The position numbers and the translations under genes were made by a program. The notes under the pieces were generated by a model. It made no database searches and had not been told where the DNA came from. It saw nothing but the letters and a program-made list of their open reading frames with translations. Shown here piece by piece: positions 9,013 to 19,278 of a DNA stretch of 64,000 nt (position 1 is its first letter; the number at the start of each line of letters is the position of its first letter). The DNA is taken from IMG/VR virus record IMGVR_UViG_3300013121_000044, positions 32,001 through 96,000 of that record, one strand, 5' to 3'. The DNA comes from a virus. Taxonomy: Duplodnaviria; Caudoviricetes.

Positions 9013-9849
9013 TCAGGTCGCCACAAGCTCGCTGCGCGCGTCGGGGTTCGCGGCGTGCCACTGTCGAATTTTTTCGATCGCACCGTCGCGAATGGCACGA
9101 AGTTCGGGGACCATGAAGATGGAGCCGTCCATGCCGTAGAGGATTTGCGCGGCGGCCTCTTCGTCGTGTGCGTTGCCGCGCAGTCCGAGCAGGAGGGTCA
9201 ATACGACCCGCTCGCGTCGATTGAGACCCGCCGCGTGAAGTTGCCCGAGTGCTGCGCGCCCTTTTGGCGTCGCGGATACTTCCACGTCATCGTCCGACGC
9301 GATCTGCACGTCCTCGATCGGAGTCATCACAGGATCCGGTGGCCCGTCACCCCGCAGCATCGTCTGCTTTCGCAGGTGGACCGAGATGTGGACGGTTCCC
9401 AGCCGGTGCAGAACTTCGTCCATCTTCACGTCCACCCAGTGCGCGGCGTAGGTGAGGAAGCGAACCGGTTTGTTCGTTTTCTTTGATCGGTAGTTCGGGT
9501 CGTACTTATCGACGGCGATCATGAGCCCCTCGTTACCTGCGCTGATGAGTTCGGGGAGGAGCTCCTTGTCGCGCGTCCGATCCCTTGCTTTGCCAATCAC
9601 AAAGCGGAGATAGCCTTCCGCGAGACGCCCTCCCAGGCGTGCCCGCTTCCTTTCGCTTTGAGCACGCACAACCGGGTCCGTCATGGTCTCCAGGGCGAGC
9701 TTCAACGCTCTGTATTCCACGAACCCGGCGCGCTCTTCTTCCTTCGTCGGCAGCGAAAGTTGTCCGACTTCCTCGAAATAGCGTGCGATTGTATCCCGCA
9801 TACTCTCGGGATATACACTCTTTTCCCCGACATGTCGTCGGCGAGTCAC
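9013..9849 (-). CDS. Sigma70-family factor (RpoD/RpoS-like)
   Basis: Region 1.2 YFEEVGQLSLPTKEEE; region 2 YLRFVIGKA...ELISAGNEGLMIAVDKYDP...RFLTYAAHWV; region 4-like LNRRERVVL. Start may be ATG 9801. Confidence 0.85.
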   Translation of the reverse strand: MTRRRHVGEKSVYPESMRDTIARYFEEVGQLSLPTKEEERAGFVEYRALKLALETMTDPVVRAQSERKRARLGGRLAEGYLRFVIGKARDRTRDKELLPELISAGNEGLMIAVDKYDPNYRSKKTNKPVRFLTYAAHWVDVKMDEVLHRLGTVHISVHLRKQTMLRGDGPPDPVMTPIEDVQIASDDDVEVSATPKGRAALGQLHAAGLNRRERVVLTLLLGLRGNAHDEEAAAQILYGMDGSIFMVPELRAIRDGAIEKIRQWHAANPDARSELVAT

Positions 9850-9866
9850 GAGGCAACAGCAGCACT

Positions 9867-11150
9867 ATGAGCAACAAAAGCAAGGCCACGCAGTCCCCCG
9901 CCCCTTCGGTCCCGGCCGTCGCCGAGGCCCCCTCCGCGCCCGAACCCGCGCCCGTTTCTGTGACGGCACCCGCTGATGCGGCGCCTTCTCACGAAGGCGC
10001 GGCGTCGGAGCGCGCGGTGTCCGCCGTGCCCCCGGGCGCTCCGCCCGCCGTGCCGTCGACGGAGCTCGCTGCTCCGGCGTCTGCGACCACCGCCCTCGCG
10101 GTTCCGCTCCCCGACGTGATGAACCCCGACAAGCCGCTCGACGTGTACAAGCCGGGCGTGTTCGTCGAGCTCATCCAGCTCTTCCCGCTCGACGCGCGCT
10201 ACCTCCGCCAGATCCAGCCCGTCACCGACGAGGAGCTGAGCGAGGCCCTCAAGACGCTGCCGGAGGCCAAGCGCGGAGCCTTCCAGAAGGCCCTCGACCG
10301 GATGAACCCCGTCAAGATCGGCAGCCACTCGCGGCGGCGCGACGGACTCACGATCTTCGACGTGCGCATCAACCAGGGCACCGGCAACGATGAGACGCGG
10401 CCCAAAGGCACCCCGGAAGGCGGGCTCTACTCGACCGACAGTCGCATCCTCGCTACGGCGGACCGTGACCTCGCGGCGGCTCTCCACGCGCCGGAACTCT
10501 TCGACGCCTACGTGATCTTCGACCGCAAGGGGAACACCTACTGGCCCCCGCGCGACGACGAAGGCGGAGAGACTCGCAGCAACGCTCCCCTCTGCCGCTC
10601 TGTCGACGCGGAGAAGGGCGACGTGTTCGGCGCGTGCGACGCGTGCCCCAACCGCCCGTTCGTCAACGGCTCCAAGCCCGGCGACGACGAGTGCAGGGGG
10701 GAAGTCGTCCTGTACGTCGTCCCTGCTGACTTCAGTGGCATCTACCGCTTCGTGTTCAACGGGACGAACACGAAGGCGGGTCGCAGCCTCATCGCCAAGT
10801 TCGCCGCGTGGGGGGAGAAGTGGGATCATCCCTTCGCGTTCAAGACCCGAAAGGAGACCGACAAGAACGACTCGAAGCGCCGCTGGTTCGTCGTCGAGGC
10901 CGAACCGCAGCGCAGCGTCGTCCCGACCCCTGAGGAACGCGCCTTCCTCCTGCTCCTCGCGCGCAAGATCGACACCGAGGTGTTCTGGACCGAGCGTCGC
11001 CGCATCCACCTCGCGGCGTCCAAGGCGAAGCCCGTCACGCCCCCGCAGAAGGCCAACCTCGCGGGCCTCCTGGCCAGCTCCCAGGCCGCCACGCCCGCGC
11101 TCCCGGCGGCAGGTCCTCTGAAGGACCTCTCGAAGGGCAACAACCTGTAG
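9867..11150 (+). CDS. Replication-module protein with Cys cluster, possibly ssDNA-binding
   Basis: 427 aa; Ala/Pro-rich N-terminus; LCRSVD...CDACP...C motif; lies upstream of nuclease, primase and polymerase. Function inferred from position only. Confidence 0.55.
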   Translation: MSNKSKATQSPAPSVPAVAEAPSAPEPAPVSVTAPADAAPSHEGAASERAVSAVPPGAPPAVPSTELAAPASATTALAVPLPDVMNPDKPLDVYKPGVFVELIQLFPLDARYLRQIQPVTDEELSEALKTLPEAKRGAFQKALDRMNPVKIGSHSRRRDGLTIFDVRINQGTGNDETRPKGTPEGGLYSTDSRILATADRDLAAALHAPELFDAYVIFDRKGNTYWPPRDDEGGETRSNAPLCRSVDAEKGDVFGACDACPNRPFVNGSKPGDDECRGEVVLYVVPADFSGIYRFVFNGTNTKAGRSLIAKFAAWGEKWDHPFAFKTRKETDKNDSKRRWFVVEAEPQRSVVPTPEERAFLLLLARKIDTEVFWTERRRIHLAASKAKPVTPPQKANLAGLLASSQAATPALPAAGPLKDLSKGNNL

Positions 11151-11157
11151 CGTCGTC

Positions 11158-11213
11158 GGGGGAGGGGGGTGCGCCGTACGTCGTTCGCGGCGTACGGCGT
11201 ACTCCTCTCCCCC
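11158..11213 (+). other. 26-bp RNA hairpin with UUCG loop
   Basis: Arms 11158-11183 and 11188-11213 pair fully, with 4 G-U pairs on the + strand. Confidence 0.8.
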
Positions 11214-11241
11214 TCGCCGTTCCTTTGTCCGGGAGAACCAC

Positions 11242-12135
11242 ATGGCCTACGACGAGAGAGTTCTGAAGTACGCGCCCTGGTCGATCAGCAAGGCGAACCT
11301 CATGGGGCTGTGCCTCCGTCAGGGGGGTTTCAAGTACGTCGACAAGTTCAAGGAGGGGAAGAAGAGCACGCAGTCTCGGGTCGGTACGGTGGCGCATGCG
11401 GTGCTGGAGGCGGCGCGCAAGGTCACCTTCGACGTGGAGACGTTGACCGAAGAGGCGCGGCGGATTTGCGTCCGAGACGAGCTCTCGCACGACGAAACCG
11501 TCGAGATCCTCTCGAAGGTCCCCGGAATCCTCGACTACGTGCGTCGCGTCAACGCGTTCAAGGCGGAGCACGGCGTCGCGCGTGAGCTGATCGAGTATCA
11601 GCTCGCGATGGACGAGAACGGGAACGGTGTTCCCTTCTTCGACAAGCGCGCCTTCTTCCGAGGCGTGATCGACGACGGCCTCTGGACCTCCGACGACGTT
11701 CTCGTCATGATCGACCACAAGAGCGGCCGGAAGAAGCCGATCCGGGAGCACTCGACGCAGTTCTACGCGTACATGGGTTTGGCCGTCGCGAACTTCCCCG
11801 CGCTGCGCGGGGTCCAACCGGCCATCAACTACTTCGGAGAGCCGAAGCTCGACTGGTTCCCGCGCTTCGACGGTTCGGGGGGACCGTGGCGTCGCGAGGA
11901 GATCGTCCAACACGTTTTTCCCTGGCTGGAGACGTACCTCAACAAGCTCTCCAAGCGCCTCCTGGTGCTCGACACGGGCAGCCCGAATCCTGAGACGGGC
12001 TGGCAGTGCGAGTACTGCGGCTACGTCGACCGGTGCCCTGAAGGCACCGCACACGCGGCTGCACGCAAGGCGAAGCGCGGGGACGACCCCCTTCTCGCGC
12101 ATCTCCTCGCGGTTCTCCTCTCTCCCAACCTGTAA
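11242..12135 (+). CDS. PD-(D/E)xK RecB/Cas4-like exonuclease
   Basis: GTVAH, GVIDD, MIDHKSG, QFYAY; N-terminal Cys plus C-terminal CEYC...C. Confidence 0.85.
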   Translation: MAYDERVLKYAPWSISKANLMGLCLRQGGFKYVDKFKEGKKSTQSRVGTVAHAVLEAARKVTFDVETLTEEARRICVRDELSHDETVEILSKVPGILDYVRRVNAFKAEHGVARELIEYQLAMDENGNGVPFFDKRAFFRGVIDDGLWTSDDVLVMIDHKSGRKKPIREHSTQFYAYMGLAVANFPALRGVQPAINYFGEPKLDWFPRFDGSGGPWRREEIVQHVFPWLETYLNKLSKRLLVLDTGSPNPETGWQCEYCGYVDRCPEGTAHAAARKAKRGDDPLLAHLLAVLLSPNL

Positions 12136-12148
12136 CCCCCGAGGAACC

Positions 12149-15100
12149 ATGGCACGAGGGAAGGGCTCCAACACCACCTCCGTCCGACATTCCGATGCGA
12201 TTGAGTTGATGCGGCGCTTGGACATGGGGCGCCTGCGTCAACTTATCACCCAGACCTTTCCCGCCACGAAAGTCACGCAGGTCTCTACGCAGATTCTGCA
12301 AATGAACTGCCTGACGCCCGGACACCCGGACGTTCACCCGTCGTTCTACATCGACTTGAAGCGAGGACGCGCGTTTTGCAAGTCGCCCGCGTGCGGGTAC
12401 AGCACGCGCAACCTCCTTCAACTCCTCCAAGACTGCCGGGGTTGGTCCTACGCAGAGGGCCTCGCGCAGGTTCAAGCGATCACCGGGACGCGCCTCGTCT
12501 CGGAGAAGCTCGACGCGGCGTACGAAGACCTCGACCAGCATCGCACCGCGATGAGCACGCTCGCGTGGGCCGTGAATACGTTCCTCGTGGGCATGATCGC
12601 ACCCCCGGACGGCGACGCCGCGTACGACCCGATCGCGCAACACGCCGCGAGCGGTGCCCTCGCGTGGCTTTTCGAGCACCGTGGGCACAAGAAGGACCTC
12701 GCCGCCTACTTCTCGTACGGCCTTTGGCCTCCGCTCCACCACCTCCTCGCCCTGTGCGAGAAGCGCCTCGGGGACATGGCGAGCGAGGAGTACCGCGCAG
12801 GCCACACAGCCCGGCTTTCCCCGGATCGTCGCGAGAAGATCCTGGAGCGCATTCGTCGACTCGCAGAGTCCGTCGGGACCGAGTGGGTCTACTCGGTGGC
12901 CTTCATTACCGGCCATGACTTCAACACCCCGGCGCGCATCCGACTGCGTCGCCCGGATGCCGAAGACCAGAAGCAAGGGAACATCTTCACCCTGGCAGGG
13001 CACGTACCGGACGAGCCGTACGGCTACTTCGGGCTTTATGCCCCGCACCTCGCAGGTCTCACGAAACGGGAGGCGCGGTCCCTGCGCGTCCTGGTGGTGG
13101 AGGGCGAACACGACGCGCTGTCCGTCGCCGAGGGTCTCCTCGCGGAGAGCGTGACCGCCTGGACAGTAATCGGCGCCTGCGGCGACGACGGGACCGCTTC
13201 GTCGAACGAAATCGACGCGCTCGCGGACGCGGGGATCGAGGTTGTCTACCTCCTTCACGATCACCCGGACCCCGAGCTCGGCAAAGGGGAGGGGTGGCTC
13301 CGGAAGAAACTCACGACCGCGCGGAAGGTTGACCCGCGCGTGTTCGTGCGCTGGCGCGAACTCCGGGCGGAGAACCAGCTCGCCAAGGACCCCGACGACG
13401 TGATCCGCCTCGCGGGGTTCCGTCACTTTCGCCGCGTGGTGCTCGACGACGACAAGAGCTTCGTCGCGAGCGACGAGTGGGCGATCGAACGTGCGATCGA
13501 GGAGGGGCGCGACCTCCCGGACGTGCGAGAGCGCACCGCGAAGGCGGCCAAGTACGGGGAGTGCCTCGCGCACCCCGAGAGGCTCGCGAACTTTCTCGAC
13601 AAGGTGGCGGGCCCTCTCGGGGTTGCGCCCGGCGTGGTGCGGTCACAGATCGTGCGCGGTCAGGACGACGAAGCCGGCTTCATCGGTCGGATCGCCGACA
13701 CGATCGTCCACGACCTCCACTTCCTCTACAAGGAGGACACCATCAAGGGGTCCATCGTCCACGCCTACCACAAGGACACGCAGCGCCCCGTGCGTTTCCA
13801 GGTGGATGACGGCCCCGGGATCCTCACCGCCCTCTCGAACGTCGTGGGGGACGTGCACGACTACTTCTCGCAGCGCGTGGGGCTCCCGGCGTGGCTCTCC
13901 GACGCGCGGGCGACGGAGGCCGGGTCGCCCGTCTTGCGAGAACTCCAGAAGCCGCTGGCGGACTACACCCGGATCGCGCTCCAGCGGCTCTTCCACGGCC
14001 TCCCGTCGCGGGAGGAGTGCGAGATCGTCGGGCTCGGCCCGCATCTTCGCGAAAACGCGGAGGCGCCGTACGGCGTACTCCAGTACATCAACAACGGCAA
14101 CCGCGTCATGCGCTGTCGGTTCTCGGACGCGGAGAAGCTCACGGCGGAGTACCTCCCGGGGCCGTCGGACGGGAAGATGCTCTTCACGCTGTCCCCGCAA
14201 CCCTTTCGCGGCCACTGCCGCACCCCGGAGGACATCGAGTGGGGTAACACGGTCACGATCGAGGATCTCGCAGGAGTGCTCCGCGATTTTACGGAGCTCT
14301 TCAACTGCTGGGCGTTTCGTCGTGGGAAGCTGGAGGCGGTCACCGCTGCCCTTTCGCTTTTTCACACCGCAGTTCCACACTTCTGTCCGGACAAGATCAT
14401 CTTCGGGTTGACCGGTCCCACCGGCTCGGGCAAGTCGAAGTTCATGGCCCTCTTCTGCGGGGGCCAACACCCGGACCTGTGCATGATCGACTGGGCGACC
14501 TACCAGTCGAACTACACCCCGGCGGGTCTCTACAACTTCTTCGACGGGTCGACGAACCTCATGGCGTTGGAGGAGTTCACGGCGGACGCGCTCCACCGGA
14601 TGAAGGCTCAACAGGTCGAAGACATCATGGAGCTCGTGCGGCAGGTCCCCTTCCCCGGGGGGGCCCAGGTTCGCCGCATGTATGGGGGCGTCTCGCGTGT
14701 CATGACTATTCACACGAATGTCATGGTCACCTCGGTCAACCCCCCTCGCGATATTCAGGACGCCAACCGCCGCCTGGAGATCGAAACCGTGAAGGTGGTT
14801 GGGCACAAGGACCCCGCCATTGAGATGTACCGGAAGTTCACGCCGGAGCGTCTCGCGTACATGCGCCGCGCGTTGAACCTCGGTCTTCTGAAGTTCTACG
14901 GGCGCTACCGCGCGCACTACAACCTCATCGCCCCGTGCTTGGCAACGGAGATGGCGGGGGAGCTCAAGGTCGAGTCGCGCTTCCTTCGGAGCCTCGCAGG
15001 ACCCGCCACGATGCTCGCCATGCTCGGCGGCGACTGGAAGAAGTTCGTCACCGAGTGCGTGGCCGCGCGGCGCGACACCCTCGACGCGTACGCGCATTCG

Positions 15101-15658
15101 ACCCCCACGAACATCCTCTTCGACACCCTCCTCCGCACCAACGGCGTGCGCATCGGCCCCAACTACACGTCCGTCATGGCGCTCCTGGCGGAGCCGGACA
15201 AGTGGGGGGTGCTCAACGGCACGTCGTGCGGCGCGTTCTACAACGACCTCAAGGGGTACCTCGTGATCGACTGGATCGCGGCGCTCTCGAACGGCGGCGT
15301 CCTGAACCGGGCCGAGCCGTGGTGCCGCGAGCCGTACCACCGCCTGAAGTACCAGCTCGACCAGCACACGACGGCCGCCAACTTCCAGGAGTACGGGGAG
15401 CTCGGCGTGGAGGACTTCTTGAACGCGTGCGGCGTCTCCTCGCAGCCGCACACGGTCACCGTGCTCCGGGTCGGGGCGTTCGTCTCGAAGCTCCGGGAGA
15501 TGAACCTCCGCCGTAGCTCCGTCGCGGCGGCGCCCCCCGCCTCGTCGGGGGAGCCCGCCGCGTCGGCCGCCGCGCCCCCCGCAACCGCCCCCGCCGCGCA
15601 GGGGGCGGGGGCCGCCTCTCTCCCCCCCGGCATGCGCGGCCGGGGGAACAACATGTAG
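12149..15658 (+). CDS. DNA primase-helicase (zinc finger, TOPRIM, P-loop NTPase)
   Basis: CLTPGHPDVHPSF...CKSPAC; VVEGEHDA; DHPD; KDPDD; GPTGSGKS; LEE. Confidence 0.85.
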   Translation: MARGKGSNTTSVRHSDAIELMRRLDMGRLRQLITQTFPATKVTQVSTQILQMNCLTPGHPDVHPSFYIDLKRGRAFCKSPACGYSTRNLLQLLQDCRGWSYAEGLAQVQAITGTRLVSEKLDAAYEDLDQHRTAMSTLAWAVNTFLVGMIAPPDGDAAYDPIAQHAASGALAWLFEHRGHKKDLAAYFSYGLWPPLHHLLALCEKRLGDMASEEYRAGHTARLSPDRREKILERIRRLAESVGTEWVYSVAFITGHDFNTPARIRLRRPDAEDQKQGNIFTLAGHVPDEPYGYFGLYAPHLAGLTKREARSLRVLVVEGEHDALSVAEGLLAESVTAWTVIGACGDDGTASSNEIDALADAGIEVVYLLHDHPDPELGKGEGWLRKKLTTARKVDPRVFVRWRELRAENQLAKDPDDVIRLAGFRHFRRVVLDDDKSFVASDEWAIERAIEEGRDLPDVRERTAKAAKYGECLAHPERLANFLDKVAGPLGVAPGVVRSQIVRGQDDEAGFIGRIADTIVHDLHFLYKEDTIKGSIVHAYHKDTQRPVRFQVDDGPGILTALSNVVGDVHDYFSQRVGLPAWLSDARATEAGSPVLRELQKPLADYTRIALQRLFHGLPSREECEIVGLGPHLRENAEAPYGVLQYINNGNRVMRCRFSDAEKLTAEYLPGPSDGKMLFTLSPQPFRGHCRTPEDIEWGNTVTIEDLAGVLRDFTELFNCWAFRRGKLEAVTAALSLFHTAVPHFCPDKIIFGLTGPTGSGKSKFMALFCGGQHPDLCMIDWATYQSNYTPAGLYNFFDGSTNLMALEEFTADALHRMKAQQVEDIMELVRQVPFPGGAQVRRMYGGVSRVMTIHTNVMVTSVNPPRDIQDANRRLEIETVKVVGHKDPAIEMYRKFTPERLAYMRRALNLGLLKFYGRYRAHYNLIAPCLATEMAGELKVESRFLRSLAGPATMLAMLGGDWKKFVTECVAARRDTLDAYAHSTPTNILFDTLLRTNGVRIGPNYTSVMALLAEPDKWGVLNGTSCGAFYNDLKGYLVIDWIAALSNGGVLNRAEPWCREPYHRLKYQLDQHTTAANFQEYGELGVEDFLNACGVSSQPHTVTVLRVGAFVSKLREMNLRRSSVAAAPPASSGEPAASAAAPPATAPAAQGAGAASLPPGMRGRGNNM

Positions 15659-15702
15659 GAGACACATGACACCGTACGCCAGACGGCGGGGGCTGACCTG
15701 AC

Positions 15703-18700
15703 ATGGGTACGCCCCTCCCGCAGGTCCCCGTGGAGACGTGCATCCCGTGCCGCCGGCCCCCCTACGACCAGAAGGCGGGGCCGGCGTGCGCGGGGTGCCC
15801 GGCTTTCAAGAACACCCACTACTTCCCCTTCTCCGACGGCCCCGAGGTCCCGGACCTCGTGATCCTCGGCGACGCCCCCGTCGCCCCCCGGCTGTCTCTG
15901 ATCGGGGGGCGGGAGCTCGTCTCGGCGGACATCTTCCACCAAGCGTTCAAGGACGACGGCGGAAAGGTGCTCCGAAACGCGGTCACGGACGTGGGCCTCC
16001 AAGCCGACTTCCAGGGCCTCACGGCGCGGTACGTGTACGCCGTGAAGTGCGCCACCGAGCGCCCGAACAAGACGGTCCTCACGTCCTGCCAGGGGTACCT
16101 CCGCGCGGAGCTCGGCCGACTGGCGGCCTCCCGCCGCATCGCGGGCTACTCCACGAACCTCGTGATCCTCGCGTGCGGCGTGAACGCGTTGCACGCGCTG
16201 GGCGTGCCCGTGAAGTCGGAGGGCGAATCGCTCGGCCGCGTGTTCGAGAACGTGGTCGTCGGCGAGGTCCTCGTGGACGTGATCGCCACGCGCTCGATCG
16301 CCACGTACGCGGCGGGCGTCGGCAAGTACCCCACGCTCCTCGCGGACGTGGAGCGCGCGGCCCGCGTCGCGCGCTCGAAGCCGGTCCAACAGACCCCGCG
16401 CGCGGAGCTGGAGCGGGGGTACGTCTACCCCAAGACCATCGCGGAGGTGCGCGAGGTCGTGCAGATGATCCGGGCGTACGCGGGGGAGGGCTACGCGCCC
16501 GTCGACTGGTACGTCGCCGCCGACACCGAGACGAACACCCTGCACATGAACTACTCCTGGGCGAAGGCGATCACCGCGTCCTTCGCGTGGGACGACGGCA
16601 AGGCCACCGCCATCACCCTGTGGCACCCCCAGGCCCCCTACGACCCCGAGGAGGCGTGGCGATACGTCGTACGGCTGGTCGACTCCGGCAAGCCCCTCAT
16701 CTGGCACGGCGGGAAGTTCGACTACAAGGTCTTCTGGAAGCACGGCTACCCCCTGCGCGCCGTGGGGAACACGAAGTGGGACACGCTCCTCGCCGAGCAC
16801 GTGCTCGAAGAGGACAAGAAGGGCGAGTACAGCCTGAAGCCCCTCGTGAAGCGCTTCCTGCCCGCGTACGCGGGCTACGAGGACCGCCTGAAGGAGCTCC
16901 TCGAACGGGACGACGCGGAGGGCGTGCTCCTCCAGGTCAACCGCACCAAGGCCGTGAAGCTGCCCCAGGCCGTCTCCGACGCCTTCGCCCTGGCGCGCGA
17001 GCGGAAGTGGGTGTCGAGCGCGAAGTTCAGGGCCGACACCCTCAAGAAGCTCATCGAGACCGGCAGGTTCAAGAAGACCGAGCTCTCCCCGGAGGACCTC
17101 GACACCCTCCGCCTCCTCGTAGCCGCGCAGGAGGCGGGGGAGTTCTCCGGGCGGGCGCAGGCCCAGGCCGCCAAGGAGCGCAAGCGAAAGGGAGGCTTCG
17201 AGCGCATCCCGCTCGACGAGCTGCTCTTCTACGCCTGCGTGGACGCGGACGTGACGCGCCGCCTCGCCATCATCCAGAGCCACCGGATGCGGGCGGAGGA
17301 CGAGCAGATCCGCCAGTGGCGGGAGATGGTCGCGGCGCAACTGGCGGCCCAGCCCCCGGACCCGGGTGGCCCGCGTCACGTCGTGCGAGACCCGTGCCCG
17401 CGCGAGGACCGCCAGCACGCGATCGTCCGCGAGTTCAAACTCCCACTCCAGGCGGAGATCGCGAAGATCGAGTACCGGGGCGTGCGGATCGACCGCGACT
17501 ACCTCGAAGACGGCAAGGGCAAGCTCGACGGCGTGCTCGCGGCGATGGACCAGGAGATCTTCAAGATCTGCGGCGAGAGCTTCGGGATCAACCAGCGGAA
17601 GAAGCTCGCGTCGTTCCTCTTCGAGGGCGGGGCGGGCTTCCTCCACCCCGACCCCGAGCACGCCGAGGAGATCGTCCGCCAGAACCCCACCGAAGTGCGC
17701 TACGTGAACGGCCGCATGACGTACGTGCCCCACCACTTCACCGCGACGGGGCAGTTCCAGACCAGCGCGGACGTGCTCAAGAGCCTCGTCAGCCGGTACC
17801 AGTGCCCGCTCGCCAACCTCCTCCTCGCCCGCGCCAAGGCGGACAAGGCGCGCAACTCGTTCTTCGAGAACGCCGACATCCTGTCGGCCATGTTCGAGGA
17901 CCTCAAGCTCCACGGCGGGTACAACCTCGCCGGCACCGCCACGGACCGCCTCTCGTCGAGCTCCGGCGTCGACGGCGTGGGGTGGAACTGGCAGAACATC
18001 CCGAAGGGCCTCCTCGGCGCCCTGCGGAACACGCGCGGGGACCTCGTGATCGGGGCGGACGGCAAGCCCGTCTTCGAGGGCGTCAACTGCAAGAAACTCG
18101 TCATCCCCTACGACTCCTCGATGTGCATCGGGAACGCGGACGCCAAGGGGGCCGAGGTCACCGTCTTCGGGTCGTACGCCGACGACGCGGCCCTGATTCA
18201 GGCCCTCATCGACGGCATGGACCCGCACTGCTTCTTCGCGTCCGAGGCTCTCAACCCGGCGCGCGTCGGCGCGGGGCTCACGGGGAACGCGCGGCGCCTC
18301 GCCCTGGAGAAGGCCGGGGTCGACGACGACCACGCGTGGTCGTACGACGACTTCAAGAACCGCGAGGAGATGCGCGAGAAGGGGGTCGGCAAGCTCATCA
18401 AGGACGGCGGCATCGGCGACCCGAAGAAGCGCGCGACGTGGGAGTTCCCCGACCTCGTCGACTACGCGGACCGCCTGGACAAGCTCCGCGACAACATCAA
18501 GAGGCTCGTCTTCGGGATGCTCTTCGGCGCGGGCGTCCGGAAGATCGCGGAGATCGCGGGCATCAGCCTGGAGCTCGCCGAGAAGATCAAGGCGCTCCTC
18601 TTCGAGCGGTTCCCGTCCATCAAGACGTACATGGACGAGACGAAGTGGGAGCTCAACATGTTCGGCCTCGTCGAGACCGTGCACGGGGGGCGGCGGCGCT

Positions 18701-19212
18701 TCCCCATCGACACGTCGCGCGCGCCGAAGTCCCTCCTGGCGCGCGCCCAGCGCCAGGGGATCAACGTCAAGATTCAGCGCACCAATTCCCAGCTCGTGCT
18801 CCTGGTGCTCTGCTGGATCGCCGAGGTGTTGGAGCGCGACATGGGCGGGGCCGTGCTCCTCACGGTCCACGACTCCATCGGGTTTCAGGTGCCGAAGAAG
18901 TACGCGCATCAGATGCCCGACTTGTTCAAGAAGTACGGCACGGACAGGATCGCGGAACTCAACAAGCACTGGCTCAAGTCCCCGTACCGTTGGGACCTGA
19001 AGCTGGGGCCCAGCTACGGGGAACAGAGCAACGTGCCGAAGTACCTCAAGTCCATCCCCGAGGACACCTGGGAGACGCCGCGAACGTTCGTGCCGGAGTC
19101 GGTCATGACCCGCCAGCTCGACGGGTACACCGAGGAGGAGGTGTTCGAGGACCTGCGCGAACCGGACGAGTACGAGATGCCCAAGAAGACGCCGCCGAAG
19201 AAGGCGGCATGA
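15703..19212 (+). CDS. Family A DNA polymerase with N-terminal UDG-like domain and 3'-5' exonuclease
   Basis: UDG4-like CAGCP...LGDAP...AVKC; exonuclease ADTET, HGGKFD, YACVD; polymerase RLSS...NWQNIP, DAKGAE, KRLVFGMLFG, VHDS. Confidence 0.92.
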   Translation: MGTPLPQVPVETCIPCRRPPYDQKAGPACAGCPAFKNTHYFPFSDGPEVPDLVILGDAPVAPRLSLIGGRELVSADIFHQAFKDDGGKVLRNAVTDVGLQADFQGLTARYVYAVKCATERPNKTVLTSCQGYLRAELGRLAASRRIAGYSTNLVILACGVNALHALGVPVKSEGESLGRVFENVVVGEVLVDVIATRSIATYAAGVGKYPTLLADVERAARVARSKPVQQTPRAELERGYVYPKTIAEVREVVQMIRAYAGEGYAPVDWYVAADTETNTLHMNYSWAKAITASFAWDDGKATAITLWHPQAPYDPEEAWRYVVRLVDSGKPLIWHGGKFDYKVFWKHGYPLRAVGNTKWDTLLAEHVLEEDKKGEYSLKPLVKRFLPAYAGYEDRLKELLERDDAEGVLLQVNRTKAVKLPQAVSDAFALARERKWVSSAKFRADTLKKLIETGRFKKTELSPEDLDTLRLLVAAQEAGEFSGRAQAQAAKERKRKGGFERIPLDELLFYACVDADVTRRLAIIQSHRMRAEDEQIRQWREMVAAQLAAQPPDPGGPRHVVRDPCPREDRQHAIVREFKLPLQAEIAKIEYRGVRIDRDYLEDGKGKLDGVLAAMDQEIFKICGESFGINQRKKLASFLFEGGAGFLHPDPEHAEEIVRQNPTEVRYVNGRMTYVPHHFTATGQFQTSADVLKSLVSRYQCPLANLLLARAKADKARNSFFENADILSAMFEDLKLHGGYNLAGTATDRLSSSSGVDGVGWNWQNIPKGLLGALRNTRGDLVIGADGKPVFEGVNCKKLVIPYDSSMCIGNADAKGAEVTVFGSYADDAALIQALIDGMDPHCFFASEALNPARVGAGLTGNARRLALEKAGVDDDHAWSYDDFKNREEMREKGVGKLIKDGGIGDPKKRATWEFPDLVDYADRLDKLRDNIKRLVFGMLFGAGVRKIAEIAGISLELAEKIKALLFERFPSIKTYMDETKWELNMFGLVETVHGGRRRFPIDTSRAPKSLLARAQRQGINVKIQRTNSQLVLLVLCWIAEVLERDMGGAVLLTVHDSIGFQVPKKYAHQMPDLFKKYGTDRIAELNKHWLKSPYRWDLKLGPSYGEQSNVPKYLKSIPEDTWETPRTFVPESVMTRQLDGYTEEEVFEDLREPDEYEMPKKTPPKKAA

Positions 19213-19278
19213 GGTGACCATGGTGAACAAGGAAGAGCAGAATCATGAGCAGGTCTGTCTCGTGCGAGGAGGTGCCTG

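Noticed and set aside
11242-12135. Cas4-like nuclease as part of a CRISPR system
   Set aside because: No array or other cas genes; solo nucleases of this type are common in phage replication modules.
15238-19230. Very long alternative-frame (15738-19217, +) and antisense (15238-19230, -) ORFs over the polymerase
   Set aside because: Expected shadows of extreme GC3 bias; Arg/Gly/Pro-rich or motif-free, while the polymerase frame has all the motifs.
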